From: Octopus vulgaris
Taxonomy: Eukaryota
DNA length: 64,000 nucleotides
Assembly: GCA_951406725.2 (NCBI GenBank)
Contig: OX597819.1
Span: 134,788,001-134,852,000, forward strand
Reading direction: 5' to 3'
The notes under the pieces were generated by a model that did not search any database, was not told the DNA's origin, and was given only the letters and a program-made list of their open reading frames with translations. Every line of letters starts with the position of its first letter. The first letter of the stretch is position 1. Shown one piece after another: positions 50,290-61,984 of this stretch. A program made the translations under genes and the position numbers.

Positions 50290-50760
50290 TCGACATAGTG
50301 GAGTTTCTTTTTGGCAACAACAAAACACCTGACTCTCAGAGTGAAAGGCTGATTGTACGATGCCTGTGTATGAATGGCTATGCTCAGTTGCAGTGGGACA
50401 TGGGCCCTGATTGCAGACAATATGTGTGAACTGAAAAGGGATGAAGCTATTTACATTCTGCAGGATGTGCAGTATCACTGTGCATGTAGGACAAATTGCA
50501 AATGTGCAAAGAGAAATGTGGCAAGCAAGAGAGGAAATCATAATAGTTTGGATATGTGGTGCAGATGAATGCAGATAGCTGTATAAAGAAGTGCCTGTTG
50601 CTTGAAGTGGTTGGCACCTGTGGAAGAGGGAGGGCCAGTAAGAGATGGGATGATGAAGTAGTGAGGGCCAATACTCAGGATGTTGGGCTTCATGGAGGAG
50701 ATGACTATGGGACATCTCAGTGATGGTTTGGCAATATAAGGTTCTTACAAAAAAACCAAC
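50290..50760 (+). mobile_element. Old RTE fragment
   Basis: ctcagagtgaaaggctgattgtacgatgcctgtgt..., homologous to about 38905-39300. Confidence 0.7.
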
Positions 50761-51600
50761 CACTTCATTGAAACTAAATTTTGGGAGCACATTAATTCAC
50801 ACACTGCAATGAACCAAACTACATCTCTTCTTCATTCACTCCTGCTGCCTAATGCTATTCTCTCATATCTCTCTCTCTCTCCCTCTCTCTCTCCCTCTCT
50901 TTCTCTCTTCCCACTGTATACCCATGTTTCACCACTCACTTCATTCTTCCTTCTCTCTCCTCTCCCTTTGCACTTCTCATGAACTCCCTACTCACTTGCC
51001 CTGTCCAATCCTCTACCGTTCCATTTAGGGTTCACCTTGTATCTTCAGGGTACACCCTAACACATCACAACCATCTCTCTTGCACTCTTTCTCCCTCTCT
51101 TTCGCTGAAGTAAGCATGTATCTCCCCCACAGCATAATACCTGCCTCTCTTCCTCTGTCATACTTAAAACCTCTCATCATTTGGCATGAGGCCACGCCCT
51201 CAATACTACTGCCCCCCCTCTCAGTTGAAGGATCTTTGCCTTGCAACTTGTTGGCCTTGCTGGTGCTGGCGCCATGTAAAAAGCACCCAATATATATTGT
51301 AAAATGGTTGGCATTAGGAAGTGCAGCCAAAGGAAACATTGAAGCTTGGCATTGTTCATTGGCTGACCAGCTCAAACCATCCAACCCATGTCAGCATGGC
51401 AGATGGATGCTAAATGATGATGGTGGTGGCGGCAGTGGAGAAACAACAAAACCTCTTATAGCATCTCTTTTATATGTGTAACTAATCTTAATATTCTCTA
51501 ACATCTCATTGCCTCATCCAGTCCATATGCATCTGCAATCTTCAAGGTTGACAAAAAAACCCCATTCCTTTCCGTACACTTTGTATGATTGAAATTGTCC

Positions 51601-51755
51601 AATCATCATCATCGTTTAACGTCCGTTCTCCATGCTAGCATGGGTTGGACGGTTCGACCGGGGATCTGGGAAGCCAGAAGGCTGCACCAGGCTCCAGTCT
51701 TATCTGGCAATGTTTCTACAGCTGGATGCCCTTCCTAACGCAAACCACTCCGTGT
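51601..51755 (-). mobile_element. RTE 3'-tail short repeat (family A)
   Basis: Family A consensus. Confidence 0.85.
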
Positions 51756-52882
51756 ACAACATACCATGCCCCACACATAAGATACAAAACACAGTAACAC
51801 ACAAAGATACCAGTAATTATTACAAAATAACATACATGAATATAAATTAGGAATGTTATTTTCCAACAATTACTGGCATCCTCACATATTAATACATTTC
51901 ATAGCATATGTAAAGCATAACATGTTACACATGTATGTATATTATTGTAATTGTCATTTTAGCAAATAAACAAATAAGTCAACATAATATAATGCCTAAA
52001 AGCCTATGAAACATCTATTGATATATATATATATATATATATATATGACTAGTATAATTTGTGTGATAAAAAAAAAAAAAGTATCTTTAATGAGATAAAA
52101 GGAAGCGATTCAAGTGTGCTATTGGCATGAATCAAGATGAGTTAAGAGATGTGATGTATGGGTTGAAACTTTTTTCATCTCCAAGAAAGAAAGAAAAAAA
52201 TCCTGACCATTATATTTGTTAGTGACGCTCATAGAACTGGAGAGATAATTGTAAGAAATTAAGATCAAAATTTATTTACATGCAGAATACAAAATCTTTG
52301 GTAAAAAAAAAAAAAAAAAAAGAAAGAAAAAAAGAACAGAAGAGGTTATTCCAAGATAACCTAAGAAGCTTGGCATTTTGGCATTTCATGCCAAGTGACC
52401 AATCTAATGGTGGGGAAACCATCACTAAGAATATTGGTCCTTTATGAAGCATTGCATATTTTATGCTCATCACCAAGATCATTGGAAAACAGAATTATTA
52501 GCTCCATTTCCAAAATGATGTTGGCACTGCCATAGAGACATATAATACATCACAGTTCAGATAAGTTCTCAGCTGAACAGGTTAAAAAAAAAAAAAAGGG
52601 GTGGAGAAAACCCCACTGGGGCTGAAATAAGAAGTCCTCCTTTACAAGGGTTTTTTTTTTTTCTTTTTTTCTCACAAGCCACCAGCTTTTGATGACCATT
52701 TTAAAAGCAGGGTCAGCAGGACTTTACTGGTTGTTTCTTTGTTTCAAAACTTCTCATTTAATAATGTAAAATCGCAAATATTGGTCATGAAATTCTAATT
52801 GAAATAAAACCTGAAATTGCCGGAGTTCATCACTTGTTTGTCCTGTCCAAGAATTTCATTTTGCTCCTGATAGAATGTTTCC

Positions 52883-52922
<40 letters not shown>

Positions 52923-52949
52923 ATTGAGGAATGAGAAGGCCATCTTCAC

Positions 52950-54050
52950 TTAAATAAAAGGAAGAACAAGGATGGCAAGGAAGCGTTTTTGGATGGTGTC
53001 ATTGTTTTTATTGTTGAATCTTGTTTTCCTTTCATTTTGCTTCAACTTTTCTTATTCTTTTGTCTTCAAAAATGTCAGTTCTAGTGTTGCACCTCTCAGT
53101 ATTTTCTGGGTTTCAGTATCCCACTTATTTTCTCACCTCCAACCATTTTAAAGGTTGATCTTAACTGGTCTTTTTAATGGTAGAAGTGGCACCTTCATTG
53201 TTTTGTGGTTAATTGACTGAAGACAATTTCACAAAAGTAGCTGTCATTTGTCATTCTAACAATGTCTTAAACAATCATAGTTTGGTGTTTCATCATGGCT
53301 GGATGCTGGTAATTGAAGGAGTTGGAAATATGGCTTTGTCAAATAGTCTACCATCAAAATGGTATCTTGTGTCATCACCTGGATTGTCTGGAGAGAGTCC
53401 AAAAGTCATCACACAAGTACAAGGAGAACGCAACCCTGTTTTGACATGTAATTGGGAACTATTCAGAAAGTTTGTTTGCTGAAAAACACATGACATGCTA
53501 TCATCTTGCATGCTTCCACTTGTGGGGAGGAAGAGGTTTGGGCAACTAAAAATGCTGAAGAACCAACCACATGGCTTTTCTTTCTATATTGTAAAAAACC
53601 TTTTCCAGATTGTAGAAGACAAGAAGGATGGTTTTTCTCGTCTTGTACAGAAACTCAAGTTGATTGTGCCACAAAGACATGAAAAGCTCATTGAAATTTC
53701 AGAAAGATCTTCTCCAGCAGAGACTTGAAGGTCATTTATTAGGATTCTTGCAAATATTTCACCAGGAATGGAAGGCAATGATATTCCAGGATAATTCCAA
53801 CGGAAATTCCAATCTTCTTTGTTGGAGACAATAAGCGTATTTTAGAATTCATTTTGCTCAATGCAGATTGTTCCATATTTTGAGGACCAGAATGAAAAAT
53901 CTGGTTTTGAGAGGTAGACCCCCCCCCTGTTTCAGTGAGTGAAAAGAGAAGTTGTCTTGCCCTGGAGATTTTCTTGGTTTTATTCTGTTGGAAACATTTT
54001 CAAACTTTTTGAAATGCGTTTCTACACTCACCTATGGCTGCTTGGTATGA
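52950..54050 (-). mobile_element. Highly decayed RTE/BovB-like RT remnant
   Basis: SIPGEIFARILINDL, HVKTGLR..C, YHFDGRLF fragments. Confidence 0.6.
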
Positions 54051-54155
54051 CGTAGGACATTTCTTAAGAAATCTTTCGCTGTTGTTAAATTCTCACTCAG
54101 TAGAGAAGGAAAAAATGGTCCTCCCAATATTCAGCCATATCTTGTGAATTTGTCA

Positions 54156-54186
<31 letters not shown>

Positions 54187-54549
54187 TACTTTTTCCATCC
54201 ATCCATTGTTCTCTGTATTCTGTCATTATTACAAAAGTTTGTTTTTCTAAACTTGCTCACTTGAAACTACTCACAAATATCTCTTCTTTTCATCATCTAT
54301 CAACTATTTTCCACACTCTTTCTCCTCCCCTCTCTTATACTATCTTCTCTCTCTTTCTCCTCACCCCTCCTGCTGTCTTTCTCTTTCTCCTCCTCTCTCT
54401 CTCACACTACTTTGGAACTATTTCTATATTCCTATCAATTTTCCTTTTCTCTTCAGCCTTCACCCTACAGCCTCACCCTATTTTCACCTACTTATCTATT
54501 TTATATTCCTCTGATAATAAACAATGTCTTTCTTCTTGCTTCAATCTAG

Positions 54550-54616
54550 ACGTGTGTGCTGGCCATCGTTGTAAAAAGGGAGATTGTGTAAAGCTTGAAG
54601 AGTCTTATCGATGCAG
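54550..54616 (+). CDS. Exon 13: first part of juxtamembrane EGF (DVCAGHRCKKGDCVKLEESYRC)
   Basis: tctag acceptor, AG|gtgaga donor, phase 1 to 2. Confidence 0.88.
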
Positions 54617-55174
54617 GTGAGAAGTGACAATGTGTTTCTATAACTTGCATTAATATTATTTTACAGGTGAAACTATTTATCACAAACCAGCAGCAAGTAG
54701 TGTACTTTTGCATAAGTTGTTAAAAGTTTTCAAAAATTGCATCCTCAATTAAAATATATTTTATTCTCACTTTAAGTTTTCTTTAAGAAATCTGTGAATT
54801 GTCTGAGAGTATATTTCAGGTGAAGCTATATTCTGAAAATCAAAGAACAGTTAAGAAATAATTATTTGTACTCTAGGCACAAGGCCTTGAAAATTTTGGG
54901 GGAAGGGGATGAGTTGATTACATAGACCCTGGAGCATGACTGGTACTTATTTCATCGGCCCTGAAAGGATGAAATGCAAAGTTGATCTTAGCAGAATTTG
55001 AACTCAGAACATAGCAGCAGACAAAATACCACTAAACATTTCGCCCAGCATGCCAAAGATTCCTCCGGCTCACCACCTTACAAGTAACGAGAAAACAATT
55101 ACTCTAATTTTCAAGATATTTTACTTTAAGAAATAGCAGGTGTAAAGGGAGATTTTAAAGTGAAACAATATTAT

Positions 55175-56312
55175 ATTACAATGAAAAATGTAATTGCATG
55201 CATGTTGATATTTGTTAGTTATTACACCTGGAAAAGTACAGAACACGATTTCTTCAGTAGAATTTCCTAATTTATCACCTTTAAAGGAAACTAAAAAGTA
55301 CTTAAAATTAAATTCTACTGTACTTATAATATTGCAGCCAAGATTAAAAAATTTTTTTAATTTACTATATTTTATTAAGACAAAAATTAAAAAAGCATTA
55401 CTGGGTTTTTCCAAAAATAAGCTCATTCAATTTTAAGCCTATGAGCTTATATTCCGAAACTCTTTTCCTCTATAGCCCCAGTAATTTTTATTTTCAGAAA
55501 AGAAATTATTTAAGCAAAATTATTTAAGTCTGTATTTAGGCCTATGGAATTATTTTTGGAAAAAGTATTATTTTAAAAATTAATTTTTAAGAAATACAGT
55601 AGAATTTGCCTAATTAGTCATCTCTAGGAGAAAATTGAAAGTGACAAATTAGGTGAAGTAAGGAATTAACCAAAGATGAGATAGGCTAATTCTACTCTAT
55701 TAATGCTAACTAATAAGTTTTACTAATGATTTATTTATCAGATTAAATTTCTTTTTTTTTTAATGGGAAAGAATTGACTGAACATATGGTCAATTTGAAA
55801 CCATTTAATGACCATTCTACTGCAATCAACATTTTTTTTTGGTGGTGGGGAGGGGGATTGTTATGGGATTTCAATTCAAGTGAAAAAAAAATCTTGTGCA
55901 ATATTATTTACAACTTCATATTTTATTGTTTATACTTGATACAACTAAATAAAACATGACTATTTTAGTTATAAATTTCAAAAGATATGATTAAAAAAAA
56001 TTTTTTTGTTTAAATTCATTTTTCATTATTTTTGTACCATGTTTTTAAAGATTTACTTGTTTTTAACATCCTCATAATAAATAAAATAAATTTTATCTCA
56101 AATTTACTAAATATAATGTATTTTGATTTTAGAAACTTTATTCTAGGCAGCAATATCTTGAGTACAGTAGAATTTTAATTTTAAGTACTTTTTAGTTTCC
56201 TTTAGAGGTGACGAATTACACAAATTCTACTGTAGAAATCTTGTTCTGTACTTTTCCAGGTGTAATAACTTAAGAATATTAACAAGCATGTGCCTGCATT
56301 TTTCATTGTAAT
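55175..56312. mobile_element. AT-rich foldback/MITE element with about 165-bp imperfect TIRs
   Basis: 55175-55342 is the reverse complement of about 56142-56312. Confidence 0.8.
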
Positions 56313-56549
56313 CCACTTTTTTTTCCAGGCAATGAAACTAATAAATATTCTTTTGCTAAATATTATGAAACTAATAAATATTATTTGAATAATTTTTTAT
56401 TGTTGATGATTGAATTAAAATAAGAATTTTTAGAGGGAAGAGATTTCACAGTAAAGAGTGTGTGTATGTATGTATATGTGTTGATTTGTATGTTTTGTTT
56501 TATGTATGTATTCCCATACATATGTAGACATGCTTATATATATTTAGAT

Positions 56550-56872
56550 GATAAACTTCTGGAAAGTTTTACAGATTTTTACAGTTCCAGTGATGGATTG
56601 AATCTGTAGTCTTCAAATTAGCTTTCTCCTTTCTAGTTTTGAGAAGCCTAATTTCTCAAGATTGGTATTTAGGCAGTGTGTTACATATCCCAGTGCCCCA
56701 ATAATTACAGGTATAAACCTGAACTTGTAATCTGGGTAGTGTAACTGCATATTGCTCAATAGTTCAGCGTAGGTATTCTCTTTTTCACTGATCTTTAGCT
56801 TTATGTTAACATCCGCTGGGCAGCTGATTTCCACAACTTTACACAGTTTCTCTTCTCTATCCCAAATCATTA
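56550..56872 (-). mobile_element. RLE-element 3' tip
   Basis: VVEISCPADVNI..KENTYAEL..FIPVIIGALG. Confidence 0.75.
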
Positions 56873-56879
56873 GAAATTA

Positions 56880-58560
56880 ATGAAGTCTCTCACAGTTTGT
56901 AGGTGTGAGTTTTGTTTTAATTGCATCCCATTTTCCTGGATCTGGCTGAGAGCCATTCTCATTCCAGATGAGACCATAAAATTTTATGTTTTTGCCCCAC
57001 TTTGTTGAGTACTAGCCCATATCTTCTGGCTATATCTCCTGTTCTTCTCAAGTTTTTATCATGCTCTTCAATTGCTCTCCCAAATATGCAAATATCATCA
57101 GATATACCAATGGCTCCCACACAGTTTTCTAGTCTTTGGTGCATTTTTTGTCGAAAAATCTCTTGGGGCACCTTGAGTTCAAATGGACACCTTATATATT
57201 TGTACTTTCCAAATAGTGTGTCGAAACATGTAAGCCAACTTGAATCTCTATCAAGATGTATTGTCCAGTATCTGTGTTTTGCATCTAATTTTGTGAAATA
57301 TTTAGCATTGATGTAGGAAATTTCCTCAAGGGTTGGTGCTCTGTGCTAAGATCTTTTAATGTATTTTTTCAATGGTTTGGGATCCAAACATAACTCAGAA
57401 TTCATCTTTCAAATGCACTGGATATTTCCTTGGAGGTTGTACCACTGGTGTTGCATTTTCAACAAAGTATTTTCTGTTTTCATGGAAAATTCCCAATGCC
57501 TTTAAATACATCAGGGTACTCATTTTCAAGGTCTTCTACACTTTGCAATTTTTTCTCTGATGCTATGCTACTGGAGATTTACACCAAACCTAACTTTCCA
57601 CAAGATCTTAGGCCCAATATTGTTATGTCATTATCATACAGAAAATACTTGGCCTGTATGATGTCAGAATCCTTGGCTTAATGCTAAGGATTACCAAACC
57701 ATATTGTTGTATCTTGGTGCCATTCACTGCCCATAAGGTAGTTCGCTCTCTTCTGAGATTTATTGGTTTTCCAGTATCTTTATCAAACTTTTCGGACTAC
57801 ATCTGCCTGTATAGCCTCACTGATCGTTATAATTCCATTAGCCTCAGTTTCTATTTTCTTTTTTCTTTTCTTTTTTTTTTTGTTATTAGAGTCTTTATAA
57901 TCTCTGCTAGCAGATGTTTCCCTATTTATTGAGTCTTTTGTCTTCTTTGTTTTCTATAGTATATAGACACAAGTCTTCTCCCTCTTGCTCTGAATCATAT
58001 TGTTACTTGTAAGTGGCATTCACATCTCTATCTCCATCTTTGTTTCCGATGCCCGTTTCGGCTTTGTTTTCTGGTTTTGTGCAGATTGTCTTGCTACATG
58101 ATTGTTTTTGAAAGGCTCTACCTTCTAGCATTTTCTGCATTCTCTCTTAAATGCATAACAGTCTTCTTTTCCTTTTCTCTCAACTATCTCACATCTTCCA
58201 CATTTGATTGTTATTTTGCTTTGTTACTTCATAACGTGTCTTCTTTTCACTATCATTGTTGTGTCAACTGTGCATTATTGTAGCTTCACAAGCCCTTGTA
58301 CTTTTAATAGCCGCCTCTAGCATAACATTTAGTTTCTTCTTTGTATTTGCCCACTTTATTCAATTTATTATTTGTTCAAGGTTCCTTTCATCCTTATTTA
58401 TGCCAAAATCACTCCTTTCAGCTTTTTTTTTAAATGTGCTTAAATGCTCAATTGTGTTGTCAAAGGTTGGTGCTCTGTTGGTGCATCACTGAAAATTCCA
58501 CCCATTTAACCCATTTGTTTGGTTTCTCTATCAAATGGGCTTTGAAAATTTTGAAGTCAT
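56880..58560 (-). mobile_element. Ty3/gypsy LTR-retrotransposon gag-pol remnant
   Basis: TFDTLFGKYKY.RCPF..PQEIFRQKM..ISDDICIFG...EHDKNL RT motifs, many disablements. Confidence 0.75.
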
Positions 58561-58589
58561 TTACTGAAGATTCTTTGTCTTTGGCTAAA

Positions 58590-58960
58590 ATCTTGTCATT
58601 TTTCATTTGTTTCATTGGGCAGACTTGTTTGAGGAGCATAGGCAGAGATAATTGTTGCTGTACTATTTTGCAAAACTAATCTAAGCTTAAGTACCCTATC
58701 ACATACTCTGACTACCTCAATCACCTTATCCACCCATTTCTCAGTTAGGAATATGCCCATGCCACCTACCCTGTCGCTGTTGCCTTCCCAGATTTTTGCC
58801 TGTGAGGCACCTGGCAGATGCACACCTCCACCTTGCTATTTGAATGCAGCACACATCAACACGTCCCCATCCAAGTATCTCAACAATCTTATCAGATCTA
58901 CCACTCAATGTACCTACATTGACAGTGCTAGTTCTAAGGATGTGACTGAGTATCCCATCA
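58590..58960 (-). mobile_element. RTE AP-endonuclease fragment
   Basis: TVNVGTLSGRS..VDVCCIQ.ARW, VVRVCDRVLKLRL..IISAYAPQT. Confidence 0.85.
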
Positions 58961-59802
58961 TTGCCGGATAATATCCACAGTAGAATGCTTTGGCAGACTT
59001 CCGGAATAGCACACCCACATAAGTTGGATATTCTCTGTTCTAACAAGGATTTTTCACTATATACCTCTGCAAATGACGTGGGGAGGCATTCTATGAAAAA
59101 AATTCTTGGAAAATTTATTAATCCTCCTACCCTTCTGGACCAATTTTGTCCAGTTATTTTGCACTACACATCCGTAGAGAACACATTCTCAGTAAAAATT
59201 AAAAAAAAGTTTTTGAATGTTCCACTCTTCCCCAATCAGTTCTAATTTTGATCTACTTTGTTTTTGCCCTTAAAAGGATGGGGGAAACCTTGAAGAAAAT
59301 GGAAATCAGTGATCACCAATGCAATCCCCACTTCTTTTATTTTCAAACAGAAAATGAAATTGTATTTAAAAGCAATAGTGATTTTTTTTATTTTTATGTT
59401 TTTCATTAACTCTCCCTAATCCCATAACTTTAAATTTTGGCTTTTTTTTCAAAAATTTCTTAATTACAGTTTTAAAATACGTCTACAATTTGTTTCTATT
59501 TATAATTTCAAAATAATTTTCAGATGAAAAGGTGTGTGATAAATAGTGAATTAGCTATTGTTTCTAACACATACCATGACCACATGGTACCTTCCTTGTT
59601 TCTTTGTCACTCTGATAAATATATATTGATGGTTTTGAATATTTTTCTCTCCATAAAAACATTTTATTGAATGATGATGCAATGGTCCATTGCTTTGATA
59701 TAAGCAACAAGTTACACATATATAGAAAATATACTCACACTTACACAACACACACAATACTGGATTCATTAAAATTTTTATTTGCTTGACATTTATTTTC
59801 AG

Positions 59803-59858
59803 CTGTCATGATTACTGGACCGGCAAATATTGTGATAAGGAACTGGAAGAAAAGGAGA
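59803..59858 (+). CDS. Exon 14: second part of juxtamembrane EGF (SCHDYWTGKYCDKELEEKE)
   Basis: tttcag acceptor, A|gtatgt donor, phase 2 to 1; completes the CxC..WTGxxC motif. Confidence 0.88.
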
Positions 59859-60394
59859 GTATGTTATATAATGTTTTCAAGCTTAATCCTTTGCGTGTAT
59901 CCATGACAACTATTCATGTTTTCGTTGAAATTTAAACTTAACTTGATGCTTTGCTACATGTTGTGGCATTCTAATGTAGGAGATTCATGTGTTCCATGAA
60001 AAGTTAACAGTTTGATGTTGAATAGCATTCGTACTTGAAAGTTTACTTACAAAACTGGCATTTTAGTCCTTTTCCATTTGTATAATCCACCCATATAATG
60101 TTCACTTAATTTGTTTAGCACAAATTTGTCTGGAAGGAAGTTGAAAACCATAACGTTAGAAACTGCTAAAGTCAAAACTTTTGATTCTTGGACCTGAACT
60201 GCTCTTCTTTTCTAGTCGGCTATATTTTATCTTGACCTTGATGAAGCATGTAGCCAAGTTGACCTTGGCAAATTTTGAATAATAAAGCCATAGATTCTTA
60301 CCAATAAGTATATATTTTGCTAACATTACTTTCATAAGTTATAGAAAGTTTTACTCAATTTTTTATTTTCAGTTGAAATCAAAGATTTATTTAT

Positions 60395-60931
60395 TATGAA
60401 ATCAAAATCAAATTCGATGACTGGCATCCGTGCTAGTTGGGTGCAAAGAGCAGCATCTGAGCATGATTATTGCCAGCACAGCTATCTGGCCTCCATGCCA
60501 GTGGCACTTAAAAGGCACCATTTGAGTGTGATCATTACCAGCATTGCCTTACTGGCACTCGAGCCCCGTGCTAGTAGGGTGCCAAGAGCACCATCCAAGC
60601 ATTATTATTGCCAGCACAGCTATCTGGCCTCCGTGTCGGTGGCATGTAAAAGACACCATTCAAGCATGATCGTTACCAGCATCACCTTACTGGTACCTGT
60701 GCTGGTGGCATGTGTAAAAGATTCGAGCGAGGTCATTGCCAGTACTGCCTGAGTGGCCCTGTGCCAGTGGCACATAAAAAGCACCCACTACACTCTCGGA
60801 GTGGTTGACATCCAGCTGTAGAAACTCTGCCAGATCAAGATTGAAGCCTGGTGCAGCCATCTGGTTCACCAGCCCTCAGTCATTCGTCCAACCCATGCTA
60901 GCATGGAAAGCAGACGTTAAACGATGATGAT
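60395..60931 (+). mobile_element. Family A repeat, long version with tandem internal units
   Basis: Ends gcatggaaagcagacgttaaacgatgatg. Confidence 0.8.
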
Positions 60932-61688
60932 GTGTATTATATTTTCACTGCATGGGAATTTATGTCAAATAAAGAGTTAAAGCTCATTTATTTTCCTAAC
61001 CTGCTGTGCTTTTTAATTGCAAACAAGAGACAAAGCCATGAAAGTCAACTCTTCTATAAACATTTTTTTACAAGATTAGTAATCTGTTTCAAAAAATTAT
61101 TTATATACAGTAAATCCTTTTGATTGAATTGACATACTTTAAGACAATAACTTGTTTCAGAAACTAATGGTAAGGAGGTTGGAGCATGTTAACACAAAAT
61201 ATTTAAAATCCTTATGAAATTGCCTCTGTTTGTAACAAGTTATCAGAAGTCTTTAGAAAGAGTTCACTAGATACACATGAACACATACAATTTTGCCAGT
61301 GTTTGACTGATAACGAAAGCAAGTAAACTCTGCAGAATTTACAACTGTGTGCTTTTATAGCCAAGGGTATTCACACTATTGCATTATGTATTTCTGCTGT
61401 CAAAACCATGCGTCCAAGGATTTTGGGGTTCCTTTTAGTTGATAGAAGTGGTTTACTACATGCTTTTGGTATGTTGTATAAAAACAAGGTTAGATATATT
61501 TACAAGTGAGTTATGTGTTGATGGAGGGTCATTCAGTGTAAATAGTCTACAACTTTGACTAACTGAAAAATAAAACAAATGAAGCAAATTTTGCAAAAAC
61601 TCGTGACGCAATATTATTTATTCCATTTTTAACATTATTTTAATATATTTATTTGAAATTTGCCATTTCTTTTTTTTCTTCTTCCTAG

Positions 61689-61773
61689 GTTTTCGCACTG
61701 CTGCAATTGTTATTGGAGTTGTGCTGGGAATTCTTTGTCTTCTCTTAATTGGAGTTATTGTGTATATAATACG
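61689..61773 (+). CDS. Exon 15: transmembrane helix (SFRTAAIVIGVVLGILCLLLIGVIVYIIR)
   Basis: Long pyrimidine tract and cctag acceptor, CG|gtaaat donor; about 24 consecutive apolar residues followed by Arg. Confidence 0.92.
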
Positions 61774-61984
61774 GTAAATTTGTTTTTCTGTTTCAACTTC
61801 TTTATCTTATTTAGGGATTTATTTTTGGATAACTTTCAATCAATTATTCTCTTGTTTCTACAAGTGGTTCTTTTACAGGTATACATACAGGTAAATGGCA
61901 GTGCCCCAGGATGGCCACAGCTCATGAGCTAAAACTAGATGAAATAAATAAAAATGAAATATATGAAATAAATATCAGGCTTTG

